In this document: piece by piece, positions 53,925 through 64,000 of the stretch
Position numbering within the stretch: position 1 is the first letter of the stretch
How the letters are laid out: the number at the start of each line of letters is the position of its first letter
Assembly: GCA_965116025.1 (NCBI GenBank)
Contig: OZ220480.1
Span: 448,001-512,000, forward strand
DNA length: 64,000 bases
Origin: an uncultured candidatus Porisulfidus sp.
Lineage (GTDB): Bacteria > Pseudomonadota > Gammaproteobacteria > Poriferisulfidales > Poriferisulfidaceae
Reading direction: 5' to 3'
The notes under the pieces: model-generated
Told to the model about the DNA's origin: nothing
The model's input: the letters and a program-made list of their open reading frames with translations, nothing else
Database searches by the model: none
Translations under genes and position numbers: made by a program

Positions 53925-56029
53925 ACGGCTCCCAACCTCCGGGACTCCCCGAGCCAGCGCTCCAGAATCGGCTCCACCGCCTCCGGCTCCTTCTGGACGA
54001 TCTCCCGGGCGATCCGCTGCACCCGCCGCAACTGCCGCTCGTCCCGCGAAAGGTCGGCGACCCGAAAAACCTTCTCTCCAGCCTGACGAACCCCGAGCAA
54101 CTGTCCCGGCCCACGCAAGCGCAGATCCTTGCGCGCGATCTCGAACCCGTCGGTCGTCTCGCGCATGATCTGGATACGCGCCCGGGCGGTTTCCGACAAC
54201 GGCGCCTTGTACAGCAGCACGCAGCTGCTCTGCTCGGAGCTCCGTCCAACCCGACCGCGTAGCTGATGCAGCTGCGCCAGCCCGAGCCGCTCCGCGTTCT
54301 CGATCACCATCAGGGAAGCGTTCGGGGCGTCGACGCCAACCTCAATGACCGTGGTCGCCACCAGAAGCTGAATCTCCCCATTCTTGAAACGCCGCATGAC
54401 GTGGTCCTTGTCCGATGCCTTCATCCGGCCGTGCACCAGCCCAACCTCAAGCTCGGGCAGTGACCGACGCAACCGATCCCAAGCGCTTTCCGCCGCCTCG
54501 CACTGCAAAGCCTCAGACTCCTCCACCAGCGTGCAGACCCAATACGCCTGCCGCCCACCCCCGCAAGCCTCCCGGATCCTCCGCATCAACTCGTCGCGCC
54601 GGTCCTCCGCCATCACGGCGGTCTGGACCGGCTTGCGACCTGGAGGCAGCTCGTCCAAGATCGAGGAATCCAGGTCGGCGTAGAACGTCATGGCCAAACT
54701 GCGCGGGATCGGGGTCGCCGTCATGATCAGCTGGTGCGGGTGCGTCTCCCCGCCTTCGCCCTTGCGCCGCAAGGCCAGGCGCTGATGCACCCCAAACCGA
54801 TGTTGCTCGTCGATGATCAGCAAGCCCAGTCGATCGAAACGCACATCCTCCTGAATCAGGGCATGCGTGCCGACCACGACGCGGGCCTGATGGCCGCGAA
54901 CGCGCGCTTTTTCCAGCTCTTTTCGCTTGCGGGTCTGGCCGCTCGACAGAAGCGCCACCGAGATTCCTAGCGGAAACAGCCAGTTCCAGAAACTGCGGTA
55001 ATGCTGCTCCGCCAGCAATTCGGTCGGCGCCATCACCGCCACCTGCGCGTTGGAGGCGGTGACGCACAACGCGGCGGCCAGCGCGACGACGGTCTTGCCG
55101 GACCCGACGTCGCCCTGCAACAAGCGCATCATGGGATGACTCCGGGCGAGGTCCTTCTGGATTTCCCGAATCACCCGCTCCTGCGCCCGGGTGAGCGGAA
55201 AGGGCAAGCGCTCCAGAAACTTTCGGGTCAATTCCTCGCCCCCCGGAAACGATTCCGCTGGCCGGCGCTCCACTTGGTCGCGCAAACGAATAAAGCTCAA
55301 ATGGTACGCCGCCAACTCCTCCACGATCAAACGTTGCCGGTCCGGGTCGGCTTCCGAGAGCGGGCTCGCCGCGTCGCGCTTCGCGTCCGGCTCATGCAGG
55401 CGGCGCAGGGCCTCAATGAAGCCCGGTAGCCCTTGACTTCGGAACAAATCTTCCCAAACCGGCCATTCCAGCCATTCCTGATTCTCCTCGGCCCAGTCCA
55501 AAGCCCGGCGAATCAACTTGCGCAGAGAGATCTGCGCGAGCCCATCCGTCGTCGAATACACCGGCGTCAAATGGTCCGCCCCGGCGGGCGACGAGCCCTC
55601 CGCCACCGGCTCGAACTCCGGATGGTACATGCGGAAGGATCGGCGCCACAGCTTGATCTCCCCGAAGCATCGCACCCGCGTTCCCGGGGCCAGCTGATCT
55701 CGCTGGAAAGAGCTGAAGCGCATGAAGCACAGCTCCAGCGCGCCCGGGGAGTCGTCTCCCAATCTCACGCGCAACCTTCGCCCGCGGTAAGACTCCACGC
55801 GAACGTCCCGCACGACACCCTCGACCATGCAGCGGACTCCCGGGCGCAAAGCGTCCAAAGGCGCCAAGCGGGTCCGATCCTCGTAGGCCCGGGGCAAATG
55901 CAGCAACAGGTGGTCGATTCGGGTGATGCCCAGCCGCGCGAGCTTCTCGCGGATCCGGGGGCCCACTCCCGGCAGGGCCGTCAGGGCCGCCTCCGCCGGA
56001 TCCGAAACGGGAGGGTCGGTCCGGGTCAT
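53921..56029 (-). CDS. recG: ATP-dependent DNA helicase RecG
   Basis: LQGDVGSGKT, IIDEQHRFG, MTATPIPR, ENAERLGLAQLHQLRGRVGR, DLRLRGPG. Confidence 0.98.
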   Translation of the reverse strand: MTRTDPPVSDPAEAALTALPGVGPRIREKLARLGITRIDHLLLHLPRAYEDRTRLAPLDALRPGVRCMVEGVVRDVRVESYRGRRLRVRLGDDSPGALELCFMRFSSFQRDQLAPGTRVRCFGEIKLWRRSFRMYHPEFEPVAEGSSPAGADHLTPVYSTTDGLAQISLRKLIRRALDWAEENQEWLEWPVWEDLFRSQGLPGFIEALRRLHEPDAKRDAASPLSEADPDRQRLIVEELAAYHLSFIRLRDQVERRPAESFPGGEELTRKFLERLPFPLTRAQERVIREIQKDLARSHPMMRLLQGDVGSGKTVVALAAALCVTASNAQVAVMAPTELLAEQHYRSFWNWLFPLGISVALLSSGQTRKRKELEKARVRGHQARVVVGTHALIQEDVRFDRLGLLIIDEQHRFGVHQRLALRRKGEGGETHPHQLIMTATPIPRSLAMTFYADLDSSILDELPPGRKPVQTAVMAEDRRDELMRRIREACGGGRQAYWVCTLVEESEALQCEAAESAWDRLRRSLPELEVGLVHGRMKASDKDHVMRRFKNGEIQLLVATTVIEVGVDAPNASLMVIENAERLGLAQLHQLRGRVGRSSEQSSCVLLYKAPLSETARARIQIMRETTDGFEIARKDLRLRGPGQLLGVRQAGEKVFRVADLSRDERQLRRVQRIAREIVQKEPEAVEPILERWLGESRRLGAV

Positions 56030-56038
56030 CCGGGCGAA

Positions 56039-56425
56039 TCAGCCGCCCAAATTCAGGATCGCGTCCATCTCGACCGCCGCCGCCTTGGGGAGCGCGGCCA
56101 CGCCCACCGCGGCGCGCGCCGGATACGGCTCCGAGAAATACTCCGCCATCACCTCGTTGACCAGCGGAAAGTGATCCAAATCGGTCAGGTACACCGTCAG
56201 CTTGACGCAATCCGCCAAACTACCGCCGCTCGCCACGGCGACCGCCTCCAGATTCCGGAGCACCCTGCGGATCTGCGCGCGCGCGTCCCCCTCGACCATT
56301 CGCATGGTCTCGGGGTCCAGCGGAATCTGCCCGGAAAGGAAGACCCAATCGCCACTCCGGACGGCTTGGGAATACGCGCCGATCGCGCCGGGCGCGTCAG
56401 GCGCGCTGATGGGTTCTCTGGACAT
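56039..56425 (-). CDS. ridA: RidA family reactive intermediate deaminase
   Basis: [45 protein letters not shown]. Confidence 0.93.
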   Translation of the reverse strand: MSREPISAPDAPGAIGAYSQAVRSGDWVFLSGQIPLDPETMRMVEGDARAQIRRVLRNLEAVAVASGGSLADCVKLTVYLTDLDHFPLVNEVMAEYFSEPYPARAAVGVAALPKAAAVEMDAILNLGG

Positions 56426-56503
56426 TCGCGAACGAGCTCGAGGCCTTCGAGATCTACGCGAGACGCGAGGCTCTCTGATTTCGCTCTTCTCGTCGTGGCG
56501 CGA

Positions 56504-56947
56504 TCATCCGGCCACGTAACTGATGCTCAGGCCGATAAAGCTCACCGCGCCAACGGTGGCCAGAATGAACCATTGGAGATTCGTGACGCGAAGCTCACGC
56601 TCGATTCGACTTTCGAGCATCAATTTCTCTATATGGTGTCCCATCTCTTTCATGTCGGCGCGAAAACCCGTCTCCATGTTCTTCACGTCGGAGCGGATGC
56701 CGGACTCCATCTTGTCCATCTTGCCTTGAAGGCTGAGTTCCACTCGGTCCAGGTCGGCCTCGGTGGCCAACCCGCCTTGCACGTCCTGAGTGGCGTTGAC
56801 GATGGTCTTCGCCTGCCGCCCGTCGAACCCCGCTTCCACCAAGCCACCCGACGCTCTCATCGTGTCGAAATGTGATCGTGGCCGTCCCCGTTTCCGCGCC
56901 GCGGGGGCGGGATCAGGCTTTCGCTGGGCGTTCTGGCTGGGGCTCAT
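56504..56947 (-). CDS. DUF1640/CCDC90-like membrane-anchored coiled-coil protein (intact)
   Basis: FDTMRA...LVEAGF..RQA head, LATEADL neck, 11-aa-period stalk, C-terminal TM. Confidence 0.82.
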   Translation of the reverse strand: MSPSQNAQRKPDPAPAARKRGRPRSHFDTMRASGGLVEAGFDGRQAKTIVNATQDVQGGLATEADLDRVELSLQGKMDKMESGIRSDVKNMETGFRADMKEMGHHIEKLMLESRIERELRVTNLQWFILATVGAVSFIGLSISYVAG

Positions 56948-57224
56948 ACGAATAACCTTCCTTAGCTGGGCGGATAACGAGGAGAGGAGCGTTTATGGGG
57001 ACTCCAGTCCAGATCATGCGCCATCATACACGATCTCCCGGAAGCGAGAATCGGGCCGGGTGTCCGAGATAACATATTTTCTCAGTGAATCAACAGCTTA
57101 ATTAATCTGTCGGTCGCGCGCTTGGCAGAGCGACCATGCGCCGTCTCCGCGACGAGCGCGCGAGGCGTTGATCCTTTGTCAGGTTTCTGAGGTATCGATA
57201 GGGTTGGCCGCCGCCGGGACCGCG

Positions 57225-59414
57225 TTAGCCAAACAGGCGCGCGACCTTGCGGACGTCCGGCAGACGCCGGACCGTCTTGATGATCGCCGCCAAATGAACG
57301 CGGTCGCGAACGTTCAGGATGAACCGCATGCTGGTGTTGGCCGTGCCGTGCGCCTCGTCCAGATTGACCCCGGCGATGTTGCTGCCTTCCTCGGCGATGG
57401 CCGCGGCCACGCGGGCCAGAAGTCCCCGGCGGTTCTTGATGAAGACCCGGATCGAGACCGGATACTCGCCGTCCACTTTCTCCGCCCATCCGCAGGGGAT
57501 CCACCGCTCTGGAGACTTCCGGAGCCGCTTGAGGTTGGGGCAGTCGCTGCGATGGATCACCAAACCGTGCCCCGCTGAGGCGATGCCGGTGATCTTGTCG
57601 CCTGGGATCGGACGGCAGCATTTGGCGAACGCGACGGCCATCCCCTCGGTCCCCTGCAAGGCGACCGGTCGGTCGCGCTTTCGTCCCAGCACGCGATCCA
57701 GCCAGCGCGTCGATCGCCGGGAGGGCCCTTCCGAATCCGCCAGTTGGTGCGCCACGATCGGGGCCATCAGCCGGCCCAGCCCGATATCCCGAAACAGCTG
57801 CCGCTCGTCCTCGACCTTCATGGCCTTGAGCGCGCTCGACACCCGTTTTTCCGGGAGGTCCGAGAAAACCGTCTCGAAGCGGGCCAGCGCCTTGTCCAGC
57901 AACCGCCCTCCCAGCTCCTCCGCCTGCTCCTCCTTCAGGCCCTTCAAGTACTGTCGAATGGACGAGCGCGCCTTGACGGTCACCACGAAATCCAGCCAGG
58001 CCGGCGACGGCTCGCCATGCGCCGCGGTCAGAATCTCGACCGTCTGACCGTTGCTCAGTTCCGTGCTCAGGGGCGAGGCGACGCGATCGATTTTCGCCCC
58101 CACGCAGGCGTCGCCGACTCCGGAATGGATCGCGTAAGCGAAATCCAAAGCGGTGGCGCCCTGCGGCAGGCGGAGGATGTCTCCCGCCGGCGTGAACACA
58201 TACACCTCGTGCGGAAAAAGATCCACCTTGACATGTTCCAGGAACTCCATGGAGTCTGGAGCGAGGCGTCGGATATCCAGGATGCTCTGCATCCAGGTTT
58301 TAGCGTGCGCTGGCAGATACGGGCCCGCGTCGGACTTGTAGCTCCAGTGCGCCGCGACTCCGCCCTCCGCCACCTGCTCCATCTCCTGCGTGCGAACCTG
58401 GATCTCCAGCGGCAGCGCGTCCGGACCCTGCAGAGTGGTATGCAGGGACTGATAGCCGTTGGCCTTCGGAATCGCTATGTAGTCCTTGAACTTTCCCGGC
58501 AGCGGCTTGTACAAGCCATGCACGACCCCCAGCGCTCGGTAGCACTGGTCCGCCGTGTCCACGATCACCCGAAATCCGTAGACGTCGAAGACCTCGTCGA
58601 ACGACAGGCTCTTGTCCCGCATCTTGCAATAGACGCTATAGACGCTCTTCTCGCGTCCTTCGACCCGCGCCTCGATGCCTCGTTCCCGAATGCGCTGAAC
58701 CAAGGTCTCGCGAAGATTCTCGACCCGGTCGCGCTGCCGCCCGCGATGGGCCCGAATCGCCTTCCCGAGAACGCGGCTGCGCATCGGATGCAGCGTCTCG
58801 AAAGCGCGTCTCTCCAACTCCAGGCAAAGCGCGTTCATTCCCAGACGGCGCGCGATAGGGACGTACACCTCGAGAGTCTCGCGCGCGATGCGCGACCGTT
58901 TTTCCTTCGGCAACACGTCCAGCGTTCGCATGTTGTGCAGACGGTCCGCCAGCTTGACCAGCATCACCCGGATGTCGCGCACCATCGCCAGCATCATCTT
59001 GCTGAAATTGGCCGCCTGCACCTCGCCGCGCGAGACGCCATCCAGATGCGTCAGCTTGCTGACCCCGTCCACAAGGTGCGCGACGTCCTCGCCAAACTCC
59101 TGCCGAATCTGGTCGCGGGCGGTCCGCGTGTCCTCGATCACGTCGTGCAGCAAGGCCGCCACTATGGTGTCCGCGTCCAGACGCAAGTCGGCCAAGGTGC
59201 AGGCCACCGACAGCGGGTGGGTGATGTAGGGCTCGCCGGACAACCGGTATTGCTCGGCATGCCGTTCGGCGCCGAAGAGATACGCGCGGTAGACGCGCCT
59301 GACCTGATCCAGATCGAGGTAGCGATCCAGCTGCTCGCAAAGCGTGTGGAAGCGAACGGCGCCCGGCGAGACCTCGTCAACCGGCGCGGGAGCCGATTCC
59401 ACCGCCGAGGACAT
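57225..59414 (-). CDS. spoT: bifunctional (p)ppGpp synthetase/hydrolase
   Basis: SGEPYITHP, ALLHDVIED (HD), KLADRLHNMRT, FKDYIAIPKANGYQSLHT, TGS and ACT domains. Confidence 0.97.
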   Translation of the reverse strand: MSSAVESAPAPVDEVSPGAVRFHTLCEQLDRYLDLDQVRRVYRAYLFGAERHAEQYRLSGEPYITHPLSVACTLADLRLDADTIVAALLHDVIEDTRTARDQIRQEFGEDVAHLVDGVSKLTHLDGVSRGEVQAANFSKMMLAMVRDIRVMLVKLADRLHNMRTLDVLPKEKRSRIARETLEVYVPIARRLGMNALCLELERRAFETLHPMRSRVLGKAIRAHRGRQRDRVENLRETLVQRIRERGIEARVEGREKSVYSVYCKMRDKSLSFDEVFDVYGFRVIVDTADQCYRALGVVHGLYKPLPGKFKDYIAIPKANGYQSLHTTLQGPDALPLEIQVRTQEMEQVAEGGVAAHWSYKSDAGPYLPAHAKTWMQSILDIRRLAPDSMEFLEHVKVDLFPHEVYVFTPAGDILRLPQGATALDFAYAIHSGVGDACVGAKIDRVASPLSTELSNGQTVEILTAAHGEPSPAWLDFVVTVKARSSIRQYLKGLKEEQAEELGGRLLDKALARFETVFSDLPEKRVSSALKAMKVEDERQLFRDIGLGRLMAPIVAHQLADSEGPSRRSTRWLDRVLGRKRDRPVALQGTEGMAVAFAKCCRPIPGDKITGIASAGHGLVIHRSDCPNLKRLRKSPERWIPCGWAEKVDGEYPVSIRVFIKNRRGLLARVAAAIAEEGSNIAGVNLDEAHGTANTSMRFILNVRDRVHLAAIIKTVRRLPDVRKVARLFG

Positions 59415-59431
59415 GCGCGAAAGCCAGCGGG

Positions 59432-59863
59432 TCAGGCTCCTTTCACGGGTCGCTCGGCCGCGACTGGAGATTGAGCTTCTCCGGCGGGATCGCCGTCAGC
59501 GGCCGGGGGCGAAAGCTCCGCTTCCCCCTCCTCGCCCGCGTCGAAGTCCTCGTCAAGATCCTCATCGTCGTCATGCTCCGCGAAATCTTCCAACTCTCTT
59601 TCCGCGGCCGTCTTGCGCAAGGCGTCCAGCTCCTCAGAATCCACATCCTCGTCCGGCTCCCGCAACGGCCGATCCAAGATATCGGGGGTCACCTTCCCCG
59701 CGGCGATTTCCCGCAAGGCGAGCACGGTGGGCTTATCGTTGTCCCACGGCAAAAGTTCGGAAGAGCCATGCCTGAGCATATGGGCGCGGTGAGCCGCCAC
59801 CAAGACCAGATCGAAGCGGTTATCGATCCTCTCCAAGCAATCCTCAACGGTGATACGGGCCAT
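59432..59863 (-). CDS. rpoZ: RNA polymerase subunit omega
   Basis: [32 protein letters not shown]; acidic tail. Confidence 0.97.
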   Translation of the reverse strand: MARITVEDCLERIDNRFDLVLVAAHRAHMLRHGSSELLPWDNDKPTVLALREIAAGKVTPDILDRPLREPDEDVDSEELDALRKTAAERELEDFAEHDDDEDLDEDFDAGEEGEAELSPPAADGDPAGEAQSPVAAERPVKGA

Positions 59864-59895
59864 TCTTGATCAAGCGGAAACGTCCGGGAGCGGGA

Positions 59896-59925
59896 ATTAT
59901 ACCCCGACGCCGTCTCCGGCTTCAA
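59896..59925 (-). promoter_or_regulatory. sigma-70-type promoter of rpoZ-spoT
   Basis: Minus strand TTGAAG-N18-TATAAT, ending 33 nt upstream of the rpoZ ATG. Confidence 0.6.
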
Positions 59926-60077
59926 GCCCGCGGGCGCCTCGATCCCGAAGGGTGGAACGGTCTCGACAAGAAACGAGCGCGCGGCACCGGCGCTCGCGGA
60001 CTGGACCCGGCCATCTTTCCCAAAGACGTTCCGCATCGATCTCGTCTCGGCGAGAGGGGATCGCGATCAAGGCCTGA

Positions 60078-62708
60078 TCAGAAGCGAACCTTCAGCAGGA
60101 CGCCCACGCCGTAGTCATGATTGTCGCCGCCCGACGCCGCGTAGTGCGCCTCCCCCGAGAGCGTCGACTCTCCCTTCGCGTCCAGCGTCATCACGCCCCC
60201 AACGCCAACCCGCGCCCACGTGGACTCCGCCTCCGACTCCAGCCGCGACCCCGACGCCATCACGGCGCGATCCTCCGAAAACTCATGCTCCACCTCCAAA
60301 GACGCGTACGTCGGCCCGTTCTCCAATAACGCCCCGATCCGCGCCTTGAGACTGTCCTCCGAGCTGAACTCCACCCGACCGCTCCCGGGCACCCCCGACA
60401 CATCGGCGAAATCGTCTATGTCCACCGACGACCAGGTCAGCCCCCCGCGCGGGATCAGCACCATGCCGTCCATCTCCATCCGCTTGCCAACCTCCACGCC
60501 GATCGCGTGGCCGTCTCCGTCCAACCCGGACTTCACCATCCCCCGAGCGTCCGAACTCAGGTCGATGTCCTCGAAACGCGTGTACGAGAGCTCCCCGTCC
60601 GCGTACCAGCCGTCCTCCCCCCGCCAGGTCGCCGAAAAGCCGACGCCCATGCCCGACGCGTCGATCTTCCCGCCGCGCTCGACGTCCGCCTCGCCATCCC
60701 GGTAGTGCGCGCTCACCCCCAGCGTCAGCCCCGGCGCGTCCGTAGGAACGATGAAGCCCGTCTCCACGCCCCAGCGCTCGAAGTCCCAAGACAGCGCGTG
60801 GCCCGCGGAGTCCATGGATGTCGTCGACGCGTCCGCCTCGCGCTCGCCGTCGCTCGCCACGATCCGCGCCCAAACGCCCTCGCCGTCTCGCGTCGCCACC
60901 AGCCGCGCCGCGCGCCCGCCCGAACCGATCAGATCAAGCAGCACCGACGGCAGCGCCTCGTACACCCGCGCCCGGTCGTGGTACATCCTCCCCGATTCCT
61001 CGAACCGATGCCCGCCCTCAATCGCTTTCAGTGTGACCTTGGACACGTCGTACACGCCACGAGCGTCTCCCGCGACGATCGCGTATTCCTCCCCCAATTC
61101 CACGCCCTCGAAGGTCGTCGTTCCACTGTTGAGGATCTTCCCCATGATATGGCCAACGCGCCCGTCCGCGTCCTTGTTCAGAGTGATGGTCAGGGCGCCA
61201 TCCGCCGTCACCGCCACTCCAGATGCCGCGCCAATCTCCGCCTTCGGGCCGACGACGAGCTTTCCGCCCATGACCATCCGAACGCCAGCATGCTCTCCGC
61301 CACCGCCCGTCACCTTGCCATTGATGGTGACCGTCCGCCCGCTACCGCCCTGGACCCGCACGCCGTTCATCTTGGCCTTGACCATCGCCTTCTCGCCCAC
61401 CGTGACGGCGACCGCGCCCTTGCCTTTGTTATCGGCGTGAACGCCGTCGCCGCCCGAGGTGATCGAACCGCCGATCACCTCGACGGAGATCGGCACGGTC
61501 GCTTCCGTTCCCCGCGCGAGGGCCGCGACGCCATGGCCAGAGCCGGCGGCGCTGATCTCGCCAGCGGACTTCACGGTGATGGAGCCGGTGTCGGTCTTGT
61601 CCCCGGACAACGCCTGATCGCCATAGTGCTCGGCGAAGACGCCGTGGCTGCTCTCATCGTCGTCCCCACCCATGTTTCGGGTGACGATCATGCTTCCAGC
61701 TCCGATATCGACCAGAACCGCCGCCTCGCTCTCGTCCTTTTCCTCATCGCCGGCCGACGCGTGAACGCCGTCCTCGTTGTCGCTCTCGATTCTCGCGGAG
61801 CCGGAGACGCGCGCCGTGGATGATCCGGTGCCCTTGTTGGTGGCCCGGACTCCGTCATCCCTGCCGTGGACGATGCCGCCGGTGACCGTTACGGTCGCGG
61901 GAATGGCGGCCTTATCCACCTGCGCCAGAATGCCGTGCTTCACCATGCTGCGAACCGTTCCGCTAGAGGTGATCTCGACGCTACCCTCGTCTTCGGCTGC
62001 GGTGGGGCTATACCAAGCGTAGATCGCCGCATGCCAGGCGGACGTCACGCTGCCCGAGTTGACGATCTTGACATCGCCTTTGGCCCGCATGCGGACGTGT
62101 ATCCCGGCGGGCTTTATCTCCGGGTTCAGCTTGTTCGTCTCCGGGTTGTAGCTGACGATGACTCCGGAATTCGTCACCATGACGTCGCCGTCGGAGCGAC
62201 GCTCGATCCTGATGCCGGTTTTTCTTACGTGGATCGAGCCAGCGTTGGAGACCGAGATATCGCCCGCTCCGCGAACGTCCAGATCGATTCCGTTGTTTCC
62301 CATGTAATCGTCGGGCGTGCCGATTTTCGTCCCGGCCTTGACGTCCGCCGTGACCGGAGTGGTTCCTCGGGTCGTGACGATCTTGATACCATCGGCATCG
62401 CCGTCGATGGCCGTCCCGCCGGACGGAGGAACGACCTTCAGCGCCAGACCGCTCCTGAGTCCCTCGTACGTGATGCCATTCGGGTAGGCGCCCTCGCTAC
62501 AGGTCACCATGGGCGGACTGCCCGTGGAGGGAACCGCGCCGCAGGTCGTCGCGGCGACGGGAGGAGGAGCCGCGATTAGGGCCGTCAGCCCGACTAAAGC
62601 GTAGATCGAAAAGCTCGGGCGCGACGCTCCCTCTTTTTGAAGGAGAGAGGCTGGCCCGCGCGGCCGCGCGGCGACCCCGGCATCATAGAGAACAGGCGAA
62701 ACTTTCAT
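60078..62708 (-). CDS. autotransporter (type Va), intact paralog
   Basis: Long signal peptide (MKVS...IYALVGLTALIAAPPPVAA), beta-helix-like passenger, barrel very similar to 21967..23340, ends LLKVRF. Confidence 0.9.
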   Translation of the reverse strand: MKVSPVLYDAGVAARPRGPASLLQKEGASRPSFSIYALVGLTALIAAPPPVAATTCGAVPSTGSPPMVTCSEGAYPNGITYEGLRSGLALKVVPPSGGTAIDGDADGIKIVTTRGTTPVTADVKAGTKIGTPDDYMGNNGIDLDVRGAGDISVSNAGSIHVRKTGIRIERRSDGDVMVTNSGVIVSYNPETNKLNPEIKPAGIHVRMRAKGDVKIVNSGSVTSAWHAAIYAWYSPTAAEDEGSVEITSSGTVRSMVKHGILAQVDKAAIPATVTVTGGIVHGRDDGVRATNKGTGSSTARVSGSARIESDNEDGVHASAGDEEKDESEAAVLVDIGAGSMIVTRNMGGDDDESSHGVFAEHYGDQALSGDKTDTGSITVKSAGEISAAGSGHGVAALARGTEATVPISVEVIGGSITSGGDGVHADNKGKGAVAVTVGEKAMVKAKMNGVRVQGGSGRTVTINGKVTGGGGEHAGVRMVMGGKLVVGPKAEIGAASGVAVTADGALTITLNKDADGRVGHIMGKILNSGTTTFEGVELGEEYAIVAGDARGVYDVSKVTLKAIEGGHRFEESGRMYHDRARVYEALPSVLLDLIGSGGRAARLVATRDGEGVWARIVASDGEREADASTTSMDSAGHALSWDFERWGVETGFIVPTDAPGLTLGVSAHYRDGEADVERGGKIDASGMGVGFSATWRGEDGWYADGELSYTRFEDIDLSSDARGMVKSGLDGDGHAIGVEVGKRMEMDGMVLIPRGGLTWSSVDIDDFADVSGVPGSGRVEFSSEDSLKARIGALLENGPTYASLEVEHEFSEDRAVMASGSRLESEAESTWARVGVGGVMTLDAKGESTLSGEAHYAASGGDNHDYGVGVLLKVRF

Positions 62709-63111
62709 GGCTCTCCAGGTTCACGGATAACAGATGTTTCGATTGTAACAAAAGCGACGGCCGAATCTTTCCCTCATCGACTCCGATTTCCGATCTATAT
62801 TTTGGCTTATGCTAAAGTGATGAATCTTTGGAACCCTACGCGATTCAAGAAATATTCTTTACGGGATGGTACGCATGAATGCTTACGGTCGACACCGTGC
62901 CCGAACGCTCGCGGCGCGGAAGGCGTCTTTTGCCATGAGCATGCCGCAGTGAGGAAAATTCGCTGGGAAATACGCTTGCTAATCCAGAACGAATGGCACG
63001 GGCAAAAGTAATCGCCAATCGCGGAAAAGCATGATGCCTCCCGAAGCGGCTCTTCATCAGACCGAAATTAGCGCGAATGCGCTCGCCGGTCGCATGCCAA
63101 AAGAAGGAGAA

Positions 63112-64000
63112 ATGGGAAATGGCCAAAAGCCATTGAAGCTCCGCAAGGCTAAATTTCTCGCCGATCTGCGAAGTTCCGGGAAACTCGACTATAAACGATA
63201 TCTCGCCTCGCCTTTACGCTATGCTGGCGGGAAAAGCTTGGCGGTTGGCTTGGTTGTCGAACTGTTGCCAGACGACACGCATCGCGTCGCGTCACCTTTT
63301 ATTGGTGGAGGGTCGGTTGAGGTCGCGCTTTCCCGCGAACTGGATCTGCCGGTCGAGGCCTATGATGTTTTTGACGTTTTGTGCAACTATTGGCAAATTC
63401 AACTTTCCGCTCCGGGAGCGTTGGCTCACCGACTTCGAGTCTTTCAGCCAGATCGCCCGACATTCGCCCGTGTGAAAAAGAGGCTGGAAGAGCACTGGAA
63501 AAAGAAGCGGGAGCTGAGCCGCCATGACCTCGCGGCATATTACTATTTCAATTCAAACACCTCGTATGGGCCTCATTTTTTAGGCTGGCCGTCCGACGTG
63601 TATTTGTGTCAGGAGCGCTATGCCAAGATGGTCGACAAGGTGGAGGCGTTCAAGGCCGCGACACTGACCGTGAAGCAAGCGAGTTTCGAGGATTCAATAC
63701 CACGTCACGAAACTGATTTTCTCTATTGTGATCCACCCTATTATCTTGACGAGGGCAAAACTTTCGTTGGGATGTATCCCCACAGGAACTTTCCGATCCA
63801 CCATAATGGGTTTCGTCATGAGAGGTTGCGCGACCTTCTTCTGGCCCATAAAGGTGGCTTCGTCCTGTCATACAACGATTGCCCCATAATCAGAGACTGG
63901 TACTCCGATTGCCATATTGAGACACCGGAGTGGCAGTACACGTTTGGACAGGGCGACACGCGAATCGGCGAGAATCGGCGGGAGCGGAACGGCGGGTCTT
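63112..64000 (+). CDS. Dam/D12-class N6-adenine DNA methyltransferase, partial
   Basis: Not in the ORF track (no stop in window). AAGGAG then ATG 63112; SPLRYAGGKS, SPFIGGGSVE (motif I), FLYCDPPY (motif IV), LSYND. Confidence 0.92.
   Translation, partial: MGNGQKPLKLRKAKFLADLRSSGKLDYKRYLASPLRYAGGKSLAVGLVVELLPDDTHRVASPFIGGGSVEVALSRELDLPVEAYDVFDVLCNYWQIQLSAPGALAHRLRVFQPDRPTFARVKKRLEEHWKKKRELSRHDLAAYYYFNSNTSYGPHFLGWPSDVYLCQERYAKMVDKVEAFKAATLTVKQASFEDSIPRHETDFLYCDPPYYLDEGKTFVGMYPHRNFPIHHNGFRHERLRDLLLAHKGGFVLSYNDCPIIRDWYSDCHIETPEWQYTFGQGDTRIGENRRERNGGS

Noticed and set aside
59432-59660. Acidic C-terminal tail of RpoZ
   Set aside because: Long acidic omega tails are common in proteobacteria

Overview
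High-GC chromosomal window, most likely from a gammaproteobacterium (smc-zipA-ligA, ndk-rlmN-hisS-yfgM-bamB-der, rluD-pgeF/bamD, pilD-coaE-zapD and rpoZ-spoT-ridA-recG syntenies). Most of it is housekeeping. Accessory content: (1) two paralogous autotransporters with very similar beta-barrel ends and different passengers, one frameshifted by a G16 tract in its signal-peptide region (candidate phase variation); (2) three DUF1640/CCDC90-like membrane-anchored coiled-coil genes (one intact, one frameshifted, one IS-interrupted); (3) a complete 1402-bp IS1111-type (IS110 family) element whose ends, circle-junction promoter and putative bridge/seek-RNA guides can be read from the sequence, with a target guide matching the 'FDT' codons of the gene it interrupts; (4) a ~13-kb intact PFGI-1/SPI-7-type (MPF-G) type IV secretion gene cluster with no coupling protein, relaxase, integrase or tRNA/att site in the window, preceded by two near-identical palindromic sites (candidate domesticated T4SS); (5) the start of a less GC-rich Dam-family methyltransferase at the right edge. 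Family assignments come from motif and synteny recognition, not database searches. No rRNA, tRNA or CRISPR array was seen.
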